Source: Octopus vulgaris | Lineage: Eukaryota | Length of the DNA stretch: 64,000 nt | Direction of reading: 5' to 3' | NCBI GenBank assembly: GCA_951406725.2 | Contig: OX597815.1 | Span: 154,938,001 to 155,002,000, forward strand | Shown here: piece after piece, positions 13,138 through 26,549 of the stretch | Layout: every line of letters begins with the position of its first letter | How positions within the stretch are numbered: the stretch's first letter is position 1 | The notes under the pieces: model-generated | Database searches by the model: none | What the model was told of the DNA's origin: nothing | What the model saw: the letters and a program-made list of their open reading frames with translations, nothing else | Position numbers and translations under genes: made by a program

Positions 13138-13718
13138 AACCAAGAACGAGAGAACAAATTTCAAAGATCAGTATTCATATTCATATTCACTCAATATAAT
13201 GAAAGCTTCGAAATACTCCACAGCATACATAGGTACATTCATATACACTACATATAAAAAATTAGAAATATATGAATATGTAAAAATACATAAATGTGCT
13301 TGCGAGGTTGTATGTCTGTTTTAACATCAATGAGGATATTAAAATATGCGGATGGTGAATGTATAGCGGTAATCTAAATAGATGAAAAACTTGGTGTAAA
13401 ACAATTTAACATGAATCTTGAGCAGGTGCAAAGTCTGAGAAGATGTATGTTCGTACAGACGAATTAATTCTAATCATAACAATCATCTATATTTCTCTCA
13501 TTAGAGTTGATCTAAAGAATTTATAAAAGAGTGGTTTAAAATCTTAAAGTTTTAAGCAACATGAGAGATTTAAGACACTTTGAGATATATTGAGTGAATA
13601 TGAACACTGAACTTTCAAATTTGTTCTCTCGTTCTTTGGTTTTATATTCCTGAGGCTCTATTAGTGCGCTTTTTAGTTGTGCTGCATAAGGGCATAATTA
13701 TCCCATTTATTTCTTTAT

Positions 13719-13720
<2 letters not shown>
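13138..13720 (+). mobile_element. Decayed fold-back PLE-type insert between (TA)n tracts
   Basis: 13138-13198 is an imperfect inverted repeat of 13586-13641; ~80-nt unpaired tail then (TA)n; no clear ribozyme core left. Confidence 0.5.
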
Positions 13721-13755
<35 letters not shown>

Positions 13756-13763
<8 letters not shown>

Positions 13764-14409
13764 TTAGTGAATTGAAGAAATGGAGTTGAACGAAGATTGA
13801 ACAGAAATCCTTTTATTGCATTCTACACGTGTTTCGAAAGCCACAATTTACCAAATTCCGATTGAATAAGGAGACCATATTGTGTCTTTCTCTTCAGGAA
13901 GAACTAGGAATTCCGTTGGCAAAACAAAAACAGAACAGAGGCGCAGCAAAACAAATCGAACGAGCAGGCTCCTAAGAGCCCATGGCCAAACTGTTTATCA
14001 ATCCAAACTGTTTGATAAACAGTTTGGCCACGGGCTCTTAGGAGCCTGCTCGTTCGATTTGTTTTGCTGCGCCTCTGTTCTGTTTTTGTTTTGCCAACGG
14101 AATTCCTAGTTCTTCCTGAAGAGAAAGACACAATATGGTCTCCTTATTCAATCGGAATTTGGTAAATTGTGGCTTTCGAAACACGTGTAGAATGCAATAA
14201 AACGATTTCTGTTCAATCTTCGTTCAACTCCATTTCTTCAATTCACTAATAATATTAAAATTCAATTATCCGCACCAACGCACGGTTGCAACACCATATG
14301 GTTGTACCTCCAACCGTGCTTTATTCTGCTGTGATTTTTGCTACCAAGGTATCGGTTAAACTTTTGATTAATCTGCAACAAGATTATTCATCTTTCTATT
14401 TCACCAAAC
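13756..14409 (+). mobile_element. Mini fold-back PLE 3' end: ~245-bp near-perfect hairpin + tail, flanked by (TA)n
   Basis: Arms 13756-14001 / 14012-14257, 10-nt loop, tail 14258-14409; hammerhead in each arm. Confidence 0.9.
14113..14192 (+). ncRNA. Hammerhead ribozyme motif (antisense twin at ~13821-13900)
   Basis: TTC-CTGAAGA-GAAAG..CTTTC-GAAA-CACGTG-TA-GAA. Confidence 0.8.
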
Positions 14410-14703
14410 ATATATATATATATATATATACCGGAGTAAACACATAAATGTGAAACAAGGTGGAAAAAGAGTACTCAAATACCAGTAGAAGAGTAATATG
14501 CTTTATTTAAAGCAGCAGAAAATTCAACAAAACCTGTTACTCTGAGTTTCCCGTTGCCGTTCATCGGACAGTTTTTGCTAGAATGGAACCGATATGTCAA
14601 TTCTATCCAGACTATTACAAACGCTACACCTTTAAAAATGAACTTGTTTGATTGGCCCTTTAGAAATAACGGTCAATTTTCGAGCGATAAACAAAAATGA
14701 GCT

Positions 14704-14768
<65 letters not shown>

Positions 14769-14947
14769 TATAAAAATTATAAAATTCGAGGAAAATCCTT
14801 ACATTGAATAAAATATATATTGACCTTAATGAAGGAAATATAATTAATACATGGAAATTGAAATTAAAATGTTAAAATGCACTAAAATATTATACGGCAG
14901 TATATATTCATATTAAAGTATACATATATATCAACATACACAGATAT

Positions 14948-16978
14948 ATGCGTGCAAACCACATACATAAAATTAAGGAAAAAATTAAGGAGATTAACAA
15001 CTCGAATAAGATCTTCGTTAATTCTGATAAGATAAGGAACTTATATGCACTTGATAAGGACGTTTATAAGCGCCTGATTTTGAATAGTGTCACAGATACA
15101 TACAAAAAAGATAGCACAAATATATACAAAGAGATAAATTTGGAAGCAAGAGGAATAGCTAACAATCTTAAGATTAGTGATAGGATTGAATATCTTTCCC
15201 CACGACCAGCTTTTATTACGCTAAAAGACCATAAAGCCAATTTTATTAGAAACCCCAAATGTAGATTGATAAATCCGGCTAAAACTGAGATAGGCATTAT
15301 TAGCAAAAATATTTTGGACCGTATTTTAACTAAGTTAGATAGTGAAGTAGACTTGTGAATTTGGAAGAATAGTAAGTCAGTCATAGAGTGGTTTAAAGGT
15401 ATTAGCTATAAGAATAATTGCAGTTTTACACAATTCGATATTATTGACTTTTACCCGTCAATATCTAGGACGTTACTCCTAAGGGCATTGGACTTCGCCA
15501 AGCAGTATATCGGCATCGATAGCTCGGAAATTGATATTATCATGCATGCGAGGAAATCACTTCTTTTTTTCGAGGATTCCACCTATATTAAGAAGAGTGA
15601 GGATTCTCTTTTCGACGGGGCTGTGTTATGTATGCTCATAGGAGCCTTTATCTAAAAATAGAATTCCTATTTATAGATGCAGGTTTATATAGGGATGACG
15701 GCCTTATAGCCACCCATAATTTAAACAGCCATGAATCAGATAGACTTAGGAAGGACCTTATTGCTTTCTTTCAAATGATGGGCTTACGGGTTACAGTAGA
15801 TACTAACCTGAAAAGTGAAGATATTTTAGACGTAAATTTTAATGTAAGGTCGGATAGATTTAAACCTTAACGTAAGCCCAATGACAAGCTATCGTATATT
15901 AGCAAAGATTCGAACCATCCGCCAGTTGTCCTTAGGAACTTAGTCAGCAATGTAGGTAGAAGAATATCTTCAATTTCTTCGGACGATGCAGCATTCCATA
16001 ATGCTGCTCCTTATTACGATAGCGCATTAAGGAATAGTGGATTCTCTGAGAAGATCCAGTACAACCAGCTTAATGCTGATAATAATGCTGCGCTAAGAAC
16101 TAGGACCAGAAAAGTTTTGTGGTTCAACCCGGCTTTCAATTTGGCCGTAAGACTAATATAGGTAGGGAATTTTAAAAATTAGTCTCTAGGCATTTTAAGC
16201 CGGACCATAAATTCTATAGGATATTTAATAGAAGAACCCTGAAGGTTAGTTATTCTTGTTGCAGAAATTTCGCCTCTTACATTAAAACTTAATAAAACTT
16301 AGATATGTTTCGACCAGAGATTGGTCCAGGCCATGTCTAACTTAATAGCACCACCTGATAGGATTATTCGAATCCTGTTTAAGTCAAGTTTTGTTCAAGT
16401 AGTGAGTTCTTGTTGGGTGAGTTGTATCCAGTTTTGTTCAAGTAGTGAGTTCTTGTTGGGTGAGTTGTATCCAATTATGGGTGGCTTGTCTGGTAGCTAG
16501 CATAATAGGAATCTGATTGATATTAAACATGGTGCCGAGCCCATTAAGAAATGCAATTTCAAAAATGAATCCTCCTGTCCGTTGGAAGGGAAATGTCTCG
16601 TAAAAGGGGTAGTTTATAGAGCCAAGGTACAAATAGAAGGCGCACGGAATACAAGACATATACAGGGGCTTCAGAAAATTCGTTTAAAGCGCGATTTTAT
16701 TCGCATAAAAATTCATTTAGATACCCAGAGAATAGGAAGAGGACCAGCCTAGCAAAATATGTCTGGGAACTAAAAGAAAAGGAAACCCCACCTTTCAACG
16801 TGACATGGAGCATTCTGGACAGAGCGGCACCATACAAACATGGAGCACACAAGAATAATTTTAAATGCAATCTTTGCCTGTGAGAGAAACTTTATATTTT
16901 ATTCAAAGACAATAATTCTTTGAATCAAAGAAGTGAGCTTATCAACTTATGCAGGCACGCAACTAAATTTAAAATGTA
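14948..16978 (+). pseudogene. PLE reverse transcriptase/GIY-YIG ORF, disrupted
   Basis: ORF pieces 14948-15358 and 15628-15870 plus in-frame motifs separated by stops/frameshifts. Confidence 0.85.
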
Positions 16979-17990
16979 AAACATAAATATACCATATGGA
17001 TAGAGTATATATTTTGTCTTTTTGTATTTTTGATTTTGATTTTTGGACTAGTATGTAAACGCAACGATGGATTTGTTTCGCGCTATGCAGATTTCATTCC
17101 ATATAGCCAAGTCCCATGCATATATTTTGTTAATTTTGTTTATATTTCTACATATTCCTTAAGAAAAACCTTCGGCTTAGTTTATTTCATGTTATTATAT
17201 TGTATAGGCTTACTTTGATTTTTAATTTATAGATGATCCGAAATAGGGTGTTATATTTTACATGTCTTTCGTATAATTTTCATTATTACACTCAACCTTT
17301 TTTAAAAGCAATGTTGTCAAAAATTAGAATTTTGATGTAAATATGTGTATGTGTAAGTGAGCGTATGTTTGTACTTAAGCACACGCATACACGACTGTAT
17401 GTGTATGTATCCACTTGAACTTGTGTGTTTGTGTACTTGTCTCTATATATATATATGTGTGTCAATATACGTGGTTACACAGCTTGTATACATAATTTTT
17501 CTTATTTCGTTTTTCCCCATCCCTCCTTTTTTCTTCTTTTTTTCCTCCCCGCATTTTCTTTTTTCTCCCTCTTCCGTTCTTTCGTTTTTTCTCTACCTAT
17601 ACGATACTTGTATAGAGTCATGCAACTTTACGTACCCCCTCCCTTACTCATGTCCTAAACTTTGCTTCGTAAATAAGAACGCTACATCCCCATCCATGAT
17701 TTTAGCTTGCGTGCGATCTAGATTGCGTATACATATGTATACATGCATTTGTGTGTGTATTTCAGCTTTATATTTATACGTCTGTATATGTATGTGGTTT
17801 GCTCGCATATATCTGTGTATGTTGATATATATGTATACTTTAATATGAATATGTACTGCCGTAAAATATTTTAATGCATTTTAACATTCTAATTTCAATT
17901 TCCATGTATTAATTATATTTCCTTCATTAAGGTCAATATGTATTTTATTCAATGTAATGTTTAACCTCGAACTTTATAATTTTTATAATT

Positions 17991-18058
<68 letters not shown>

Positions 18059-18190
18059 AGCTCATTTTTGTTTATCGCTCGAAAATTGACCGTTATTTCT
18101 AAAGGGCCAATCAAACAAGTTCATTTTTAAATGTGTAGCGTTTGTAATAGTCTGGATAGAATTGACATATCAGTTCCATTCTAGCAAAAT

Positions 18191-18228
18191 CTGTCCGATG
18201 AACGGCAACGGGAAACTCAGAGTAACAG
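18191..18228 (+). ncRNA. Hammerhead-like motif, CCGAUGA core (antisense twin 14534-14571)
   Basis: CTGT-CCGATGA-a-CG-gcaa-CG-g-GAAA-CTCAGAG-TA-ACAG, identical in both arms. Confidence 0.65.
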
Positions 18229-18271
18229 GTTTTGTTGAATTTTCTGCTGCTTTAAATAAAGTATATATATA

Positions 18272-18545
18272 TTGTTGTATTTAGGAATGGTCATTTTGCC
18301 AGTTTAGTCAATAAAAACACACGCACTATATATTTTATGTTACTTTCCTTCAGCGTTATATATCTTTTACATTAATCTTAATCTTATTTTAGCCAGAGTT
18401 CTTTCGTCACATCCCTGTTACCTCATCAGTGGTCCTTTGCTTTCCTCTTTCTTATATGTGTGTGTCTCCTTACTAACGAATGGTGTGTCCTGTGGCTGCT
18501 GCGAACGATTTTTGAGCGAGGAATTGCGAATAAAATATAGTTACT
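18272..18545 (-). mobile_element. PLE 3'-end fragment with hammerhead (same family as 33947-35105)
   Basis: Similar to 33947-34150; minus strand CCA-CTGATGA-..GAAA-GAAC-TC-TGG at 18393-18432; abuts (TA)n. Confidence 0.7.
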
Positions 18546-18554
18546 ACAATATTT

Positions 18555-18904
18555 GTGCCACGCTTGCTCACGGAAGATTAAAAGCCGTCACGGTTGAATG
18601 AGTATCGTCAACTGAAAGAACAGTTGGAAGTTGATCCGAACATTCTTTTCGACGGTCTTTTCGAAGTGGTAACAAAGCTGATGCTACAGAATTTGCAGAT
18701 GTGGAAGAAGTGAAGAAAAGCGACGGAGGCGTTAAACGGCATCACATCGAAAATGTTCCAGCACTGACTTGAATAGTGGAAAACGCGCCTTGACTGATGT
18801 ATTGCTTCAAATGAAGAATATTTTGAATAAGCTGAAAGTGTAAATAAAACTAAGTGAATAAAATAATATTGCAAAACTCTGGTTTCTTTTGGGTACCCCT
18901 CGTA
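18555..18904 (+). mobile_element. Internally deleted mariner remnant
   Basis: Translates FADVEEVKK..TEALNGI..WKTRLD*CIASNEEYFE; ends CCCCTCG-TA like a mariner TIR. Confidence 0.65.
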
Positions 18905-18910
18905 TATATC

Positions 18911-18959
<49 letters not shown>

Positions 18960-18962
<3 letters not shown>

Positions 18963-19450
18963 ATAAAAGAATGGAGTCGAACGAGGATTTTAACACAATT
19001 CCTTTAATTTCAACACATGTTTCGAAGACTGCATATTCTTAATTCTGAAGGAATAAGGTGCATTATGCCGTCTTCTCATCAGGAAAGTCAAGGAAAATCA
19101 ATCAGCCTCAAGATGGTCAATATGTAGTAAGCCATAGAAAAGTTTTGTCCGTCTTGAGGCTGATTGATTTTCCTTGACTTTCCTGGTGAGAAGACGGCAT
19201 AATGCACCTTATTCCTTCAGAATTAAGAATATGCAGTCTTCGAAACATGTGTTGAAATTAAAGGAATTGTGTTAAAATCGTCGTACGACTCCATTCTTTT
19301 ATTCATTTTAAATATTACACAAATTACCACACAAGAACACGGAGTTTCTACCCTTGGCATGTAGCTTCAACCGTGTTTTCTGACGTGAATTTGCTACCCA
19401 GGTATCGGTTAACCGAATTATCAATACTAGGATAATTCATTCACCTACTT
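18960..19450 (+). mobile_element. Mini fold-back PLE 3' end (hairpin + tail) in (TA)n, related to 13756 element
   Basis: Arms ~18960-19120 / 19145-19305; tail 19306-19450 similar to 14258-14409; HHR 19008-19086(-) CTGATGA intact, 19179-19257(+) CTGGTGA. Confidence 0.9.
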
Positions 19451-19596
19451 ATATATATATATATATGTATATGACATATATATATATACACACACACACA
19501 TATATTTATATGCATATGTATTTATATGTATACATATAATATAGATGTATGTAAACAGATACATGTATAAATATAAATATATGTGCATATATATAC

Positions 19597-19645
<49 letters not shown>

Positions 19646-19708
19646 CGTGTGTGTGTGTGTGTGCGTAAAGCATCGTGCAAACCAGATAGAAAACAAAGTA
19701 TATATATA

Positions 19709-20915
19709 TATTGGGTCAGCCCATAAATAAAGCACGTTTTCAATTGTATGAGGTAAAGGTTGGAGGTGGACGGGATAAACTACCTGCATCAACTTGCTAT
19801 AAAACCAGGTAATAATTTTAACATGTCCTTATTCTTAGTACAAGTTTTGAACAGTGCTGTTCAATTTTAACAGTTATTTTTCAAAGCTATAATGGAAGTG
19901 ACAAAGGAGCATATTCGGCATATTCACTTTTATGAGTTCAATAAAGCCAACAACGCAACGGAAAGTTCGAGAAATATTAATGCAGTATATGGGGATCGGA
20001 CAGTAAGCGTAAGCCAATGTCAACGGTGGTTCCAGAAATTCCTAACCGGAAATTACAGCGTAGAAGACGAGCCTTGTCCTGAAATATCTGTAGAGCTTGA
20101 CGAGGAAGTTCTGCAAACCCTGGTGGAACAGAATCCATCGTAACTGTTGAGGATCTAGCAGAGAAGCTTGGATTTGGTCATTCAACCATTCATCGATACC
20201 TGCGTACTATCGGGAAAATGAGCAAATTGAGTCAGTGGGGTCCTCGCAAACTTTACCAGTCTAGTCGTGCGGAGAGAGTGAATGTGTGGTCTTTGCTGTC
20301 ACATCTCGAATGGACCTTTATTGGACCGAATAGTGACTGGTGTCGAGAAATGGGTTCTCGATAAAAAATATCAAATGCAGAAGACAGAGCGTAGGGAAAG
20401 GACAGACACCGGCATACCAGGCTAAAGAAGGTCCTCACCCACATTTAGTGGGATATGAAATGTTTAGTCCACTTTGAACTTTCTTAAACCCAAACCAAAC
20501 GATAACAAAGGGGATATGCTACGAGTAGTTTGAGCGGCTTAAGTCAACGCTAGAAGAAAAACGACCACATTGTGTTTCAAGACGGAAGGTGTTTATCCAT
20601 CAGAATAATGCTCTGTCACATACAACGAGGATGGTATTCCAAAGGGTGGAGCAGTTTGAATGGGAAGCATCGCTTCCTATACAAACTGCTCCAGCATATT
20701 CGCTGGACATTGCCCCATCTGATTATCAGTTATTCTTCGGTCTTCAAAATCATTTGTACAGCAAAATATTAATTCTGTAGATAAGGTAAGAACAGTACTG
20801 GAAGAGTATTTTTTGTGACGGACAAGTGAAATTTGAAAGTGCGGCCTTGTAAATCTACCAGATAGATGGTAGAGCATTGTAGAAAATGTAGGAGAGTATA
20901 TTTTTGATTAAAAAA
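19709..20915 (+). mobile_element. Mariner transposon, transposase pseudogene
   Basis: TA-TTGGGTCAGCCCATAA left end; MEVTKEHIRH..YEFNK..QRWFQKF..EDEP HTH; YSLDIAPSDYQLF (YSPDLAPSD motif); many stops; right TIR not seen. Confidence 0.9.
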
Positions 20916-20916
20916 G

Positions 20917-20962
<46 letters not shown>

Positions 20963-21400
20963 GTATATATGTATATATGTATATATATATATATACACAT
21001 ATATGTATGTATATATATATATTTATATATATATATGTATGTATGAATGTATGTATATATGTATATATATACAGAGGGAGAGAGAGAGAGAGAGATCAAA
21101 TGATTCGACGTAGGAATGGGAATAAAATATTGAACACTATCTACACACTTTGCTTAATATCTCTAGCATTATAGACCTTATCGCACTGCTTCAGGTTACA
21201 CTGAAGTTACTTAGCTCTTGGGATTGGTAATTTCCTCCTCTTTATTATGAACCTCCTCTTGATAACATTTCTATTTTATTTTTCTCTTCATGATATTGCG
21301 TGCGTGTGTGTATGTCTATGTATACTTGATTCGTATTGTTCATCATTGTTGTTATTGTTATTATTATTATTATCATTATTATCTTTATTATAATCATCAT

Positions 21401-21433
<33 letters not shown>

Positions 21434-23013
21434 TATCATCATGACCATCTTTATTGTTATTTTTATATGATTTAGTTTGATAGGCGTTCCATTGTTTTGT
21501 TCTGTTATTTTTTAACCTCAGTTTGTCAGTAATTATGAATTATTCATTGAAAATAACTTCTAAATCATATTCTTTCACAACGATTGCTTTGGATATCCTT
21601 CACAGTTTTCTTTGACTTTAGTTTGACTAAATTAAAGCTGGGGCATATAATGTTTCGTTTATCGCTTGCATATCAAAGTGGAGTGCGATATATCAGTTTC
21701 CAAAAAAGGTAATCAAAGAATATAAAAGATTTGGAAGAAAACAAAATATATATTTTTTTTGTGTCATTTTAAAGCTTGCATTTAGTGTTGTTGTTACTGT
21801 TTTCAAATTTTTCTACTTTCGATTTCCCGATGTTTTTCTGTCTCTTTTCTTTCTCTCTTTTTATTCTTTTCTCCCCTGCTACTCCACTTTTTTAGCACTG
21901 AAACTATTGCCTCTATAACTTCTGTTTCTGTTACAGACAGATATCCCAAAATGCTAGTTTGCTTTCATTCATACTGCTGCTTTTATATTTAGCGTTGTTT
22001 ATCTGCACTTATCGGACAGTCCTGGTCGAACTAACTATGTTTAAAGACGTACCAAGCATCAACACTTATATTTTTCGTCACACAGTCTGTCAAAGGCTAA
22101 CGTTTTCTGATGAAATCCTCCTATTTTTACGCTGTAGATTATGATTCAAGGAGTCTTAACTCTTATTTTTCATACGTTATGCAGCTGTTCAGAGAGGTTC
22201 TTTTATTGCTTAGTGTTGGTCTTCATGGTGTTACAGAGGAGGAGTTTGTCATCATTTTCTATTATAAATGATATTAAAGATAAGATTTAAATTGGGAATA
22301 ATAAATAAATCACTACTCCTCATTAAATAACTACTCACTACCATTTTTAAAAAGAAAGGATATAGTGTTGTCCTAGATATACTGTTTCTGAAAACAGAAA
22401 AGATGGTCACAACAAGAGCGCTGTTGATCATACATCTGCTCGATCACGACTGACTTGAGTGCAATAAACAATAATCAAAAATAATATGAATATCTAGGGA
22501 TTGTCCAAAATAGAAATATATTATTGGTTATTAGTCCCATGGTGGAAGAATTAGTAAAATCCTTAGTAAACGATGATATCCGTTGGCAGTTCCATTGTTG
22601 ACTTTCTCTTTAAAGATGGAACTAGTAATTTCTAACTTCTTTACCTTGGCTTTCCCTTGATATTTCAACTATTATATATGCAAATTTTAGAGTATCAAGA
22701 GAAAATTCAAATTTTGCTTGCGTTTTAGTGATGAGGAAATATACAGGAAAATTTATCATTCTTGCAAAGATTACGGAATTTTCAAGAGATATATTTTACA
22801 AGAAACAACATAAATATTGTTTTCCTATTTCAAAGGCATAGTTTCAACCTCGACTTAAAGTTTGAGTTTCGGCCTGTTTTTTTTAATTTTTAATATGAAC
22901 ATTTAACGTGGTTTTAGAGTGAAGGTTTGACTGCTATTTTTAGCGTGGTGGTATCCCTTAGATATAGGAGAGAAGACAAAGATGCAAAATAAAGTTGCAA
23001 AAAATTACTGGAT

Positions 23014-23074
23014 TATTCCAGATCTCTGATTACTGGCTTTGCATAATAGATGCTCTGCCTTCATCAGTGTAATA
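23014..23074 (-). ncRNA. Decayed hammerhead-like motif
   Basis: TATTACA-CTGATGA-aGGC..GCCa-GTAA-tcagaga-TC-TGGAATA; GAAA mutated; near (TA)n. Confidence 0.45.
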
Positions 23075-23265
23075 CACTCAGAGAGCACATAAATACAAAT
23101 ATATATATATATATATATATATACAACATACGATATACTTACATATACGAAGGTATATACATACATATATATGTACGTATGTACACGACCAGTTTAAGTT
23201 GCCCGCCTTAATGCTCCTCATGCGATATGGTCAGAATAAACACCGCAGTGAATATAATAATGATA

Positions 23266-23384
<119 letters not shown>

Positions 23385-23694
23385 ATGATTTCCCTCTAAT
23401 AATGTAATGTAAAAGGTATGTAATGTAAGTTGGTTTAGCACTGAGACACCTCCTTGAAATACAAAAGAAAAGACGTTGGTTCATCGTGGTACATGTGTCT
23501 GTGTGTATGAAAATGTGCATGTGTGTGTATGTGAGAAAAACAAAAGACGAAGACAGGTGTATAAACAACACACAGGTGTGTTAGTTTAACACTTGGAAAG
23601 GTGAGGAAGTCTTTTACGTTTCGAGACCACGTTCCTTAACAGAAACGAAGACGAGAAAATAAACAGCGATAATATATATATATATATATTGTTG

Positions 23695-23948
23695 TCATTG
23701 TTTGTTCCTTCTCAAGCCATGCCTGGATCGTAAGGGCCCGTTTCTTGGTTTCATTGGCGTATATGTTTCTCACCTGAACGAAATATGGAGAGAAAGTTGT
23801 GGTGAAAGAGTTCACCACTGCCTGCTGCTGGAGCTGCGTGGAGCTTATGTGTTTCGCTCATAAACACACACATTGCCCGTTCCGAGATATCGAACCCGCG
23901 GTCTCTCAACCGCGAGTCCGCGGCTCTAACCGCTAGGCCATGTGCCTC
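23695..23948 (-). mobile_element. tRNA-derived SINE (third family)
   Basis: Minus strand TGGCCTAGCGGTTAGAG (A box)...GGTTCGATATC (B box), non-tRNA body; similar head at ~40770-41018(-). Confidence 0.7.
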
Positions 23949-24028
23949 CGATATATATTTATTTATATGTATATGTGTGTGTGTATGTATATATATTATT
24001 ATTGTTGTAATTATCATTATTATTATTA

Positions 24029-24105
<77 letters not shown>

Positions 24106-24422
24106 TTTATCAAAACCAAGAGAGAAGATGGAGATAAGATTAATATTTTTTTAAATACATTAGCAAGGCCCACCGTTGTTTCAATTCATCCCTTGTAGTG
24201 TAAAATCAATCAATTTAATTTAATGTAATCAATTTGGTTAATTATTACAAGACAGTGTAATATCAGGAAAGAACGTACAAAGAAATTTATATACATATCA
24301 CATTTAAAACGTAATGAAATCATTAAATGTTCAAATAGGAAAAATAAAGTGTAGCATTAAAATCAACGCAGATATTAAAATAGATACAGTTATAAAAATA
24401 GTTATTGTCATATATTAATATA

Positions 24423-24564
24423 GGCGCAGGAGTGGCTGTGTGGTAGATAGATTGCTTACCAACCACATGGTTCCGGGTTCAGTCCCACTGCGTGACACCT
24501 TTGGCAAGTGCCGACCAAAACCTTGTGAGTGGATTTGGTAGACAGAAACGGCAAGAAGCCCGTC

Positions 24565-24641
<77 letters not shown>

Positions 24642-24700
24642 TGTGTGTGTGTGTATGTGTGTGTGTCTGTCTGTGTCTGTCCCCCGACATCGCTTGACAA
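24423..24700 (+). mobile_element. OK-like SINE
   Basis: GGCGCAGGAGTGGCTGTGTGGTAG...GGTTCAGTCCC, internal (TA)/(TG) tract. Confidence 0.8.
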
Positions 24701-24773
24701 ATAACACCTGTCTCATCATTATATGTTATAATTTTTCAAAATTACCTGTTAAAGGGTAGTTTTCTCTTGTGTT

Positions 24774-24817
<44 letters not shown>

Positions 24818-24822
<5 letters not shown>

Positions 24823-25660
24823 GTGTGTATTAACACGGAAAAAATAGATAAATAGTTACCAGTGTACCCAAAAATCACACAGGTAAAAAGGTTGTAACTC
24901 CTTGTTTTTAAAGGTAGCAAATTCGGGTTTACGGGAAATATTTTGTATAATATATATAAATAAATAAATGGAGTTAAACGTAGGTGTTATTCAAATTGTT
25001 TTACTTCTTGAAGATATTCTCATCAGTAACCGGCCTTAAAATTGCGTAAAACAATCTAATCTTCTCTTCACAAAAGTGACGGGTTTACGGGAAATATTTT
25101 GTATAATATATATAAATAAATAAATGGAGTTAAACGTAGGTGTTATTCAAATTGTTTTACTTCCGACACATGTCTTGAAGATATTCTCATCAGTAACCGG
25201 CCTTAAAATTGCGTAAAACAATCTAATCTTCTCTTCACAAAAGTGAAGAAATGAAACTCGCCAATAAGACATTTTAACAGAAAATGATGGATATGTATAA
25301 TGATTAACTGAACGCTTTTTAGATTGTTTAAAAAAAAACGTTATAGAATATAACGTCAAAAGTAGCCTATAGACAGAAGAGGGATAAAGCAAAGAAAAAC
25401 TAAATAAATGAGAAGTATATAATTATATTTATATTAAATAAAACCATATAAACTTGTAAAAATATATATGTAGTGAATGTGAAATGTAAGAAGAAAATTA
25501 ATGTTTAAGTTATATATAATGATAGATATCACTTATATGAACTAAAGGTGTGTTTCTGCCAATATTTACATCGATATGCAGGCTCTATAACAATGTTTAC
25601 AAGGGGATCTTTAGAACAAAGAATAAAAAAATAGTTCAGAATTACAAAGAAGACAGAATA
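24818..25660 (-). mobile_element. PLE 3' fragment (same family as 1121-2320) with ~155-bp internal tandem duplication
   Basis: 25300-25655 is the reverse complement of ~1785-2170; 24924-25079 duplicated from 25080; decayed HHR; tail to (TA)n. Confidence 0.8.
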
Positions 25661-25674
25661 TACGCATATATTCA

Positions 25675-26012
25675 CAAAGCCTTGTGAGTGGATTTGGTAG
25701 ACAGAAACTGAAAGAAGCGTCTAGTATATATGTATATATATGTGTGTGTGTGTTTGTGTATGTGTGTGTGTGTGTTTGGTTGTGTTTGTGTGTGTGTGTG
25801 TGTGTATTTGTGTGTCTGTGTTTGTCTCCCCAGCATCGCTTGACAACCGATGGTGGTGTGTTTACGTCCCCGTAACTTAGTGGTTTGGCAAAAAGAGACC
25901 GATAGAATAAGTACTAGGCTTCCAAAGAATAAGTCCCGGGGTCGATTTGATCGGCTAAAAGCCGGTGCTCCAGCATGACCGTAGTCAAAAGACTGAAACG
26001 AGTAAAAGAGTA
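25675..26012 (+). mobile_element. OK-like SINE, 5'-truncated
   Basis: aaagccttgtgagtggatttggtagac...gactgaaacgagtaaaagag. Confidence 0.8.
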
Positions 26013-26549
26013 GAGTATATATGTACACTCATACATACAGATACACACATACATACATATATATGCACACAAACATGCATGTGTGCACACATACACAGAC
26101 AGATATATATATATATATATAGGTATATACATATGTGTGTGTATGTGTATGTATGTGTGCATGTATGTATACTCGCATATGCTTGAGCACACACACACGA
26201 ATACACAACACGTAAGGGGAATGCCTTCTACGCGCTAGAATTGATGTATGGATAAGTATCAGAAAGTAAAGCATTATTCATTTATGCAATATATACTTCA
26301 AGTACATTACGTAATATCATATCGTATAACATTATGTCTTCACTACTTTTCCTATATTATACTTCAGTTCACTATACCTGTATAATGCGACACTATCGCA
26401 ACTACATGAACCAACTATGTGGCTTCTGCAGGAATGATCAACTTTTTCCAAATAATTCTATTTCCCTTTTTTAAAAAAAGAAATAAAATTGTATTTGGTG
26501 ATGCAGTCATCGATACGCTGTGGGAATAAAAGACGGTATCTTTCTCTCT

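Larger units (their letters stand above)
14431..18261 (+). mobile_element. Naiad-type Penelope-like element (RT + GIY-YIG pseudogene) with inverted terminal arms
   Basis: RT motifs FITLKDHK..CRLINPAK, FDIIDFYPSI, GLYRDDGL; GIY-YIG to CNLCL*EK..CRH (~16980); stops and frameshifts; ~14500-14968 is the reverse complement of ~17787-18261; (TA)n both sides. Confidence 0.9.

Noticed and set aside
13882-14131. Two opposite near-identical 75-aa ORFs
   Set aside because: Artefact of the palindrome
16876-16881. In-frame TGA in CNLCL*EK as possible selenocysteine (some Naiads use Sec)
   Set aside because: Not at a conserved Cys position, the copy has other stops and frameshifts, and no SECIS was identified
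23880-23948. tRNA gene candidate
   Set aside because: A/B boxes continue into a SINE body; no proper cloverleaf/acceptor stem
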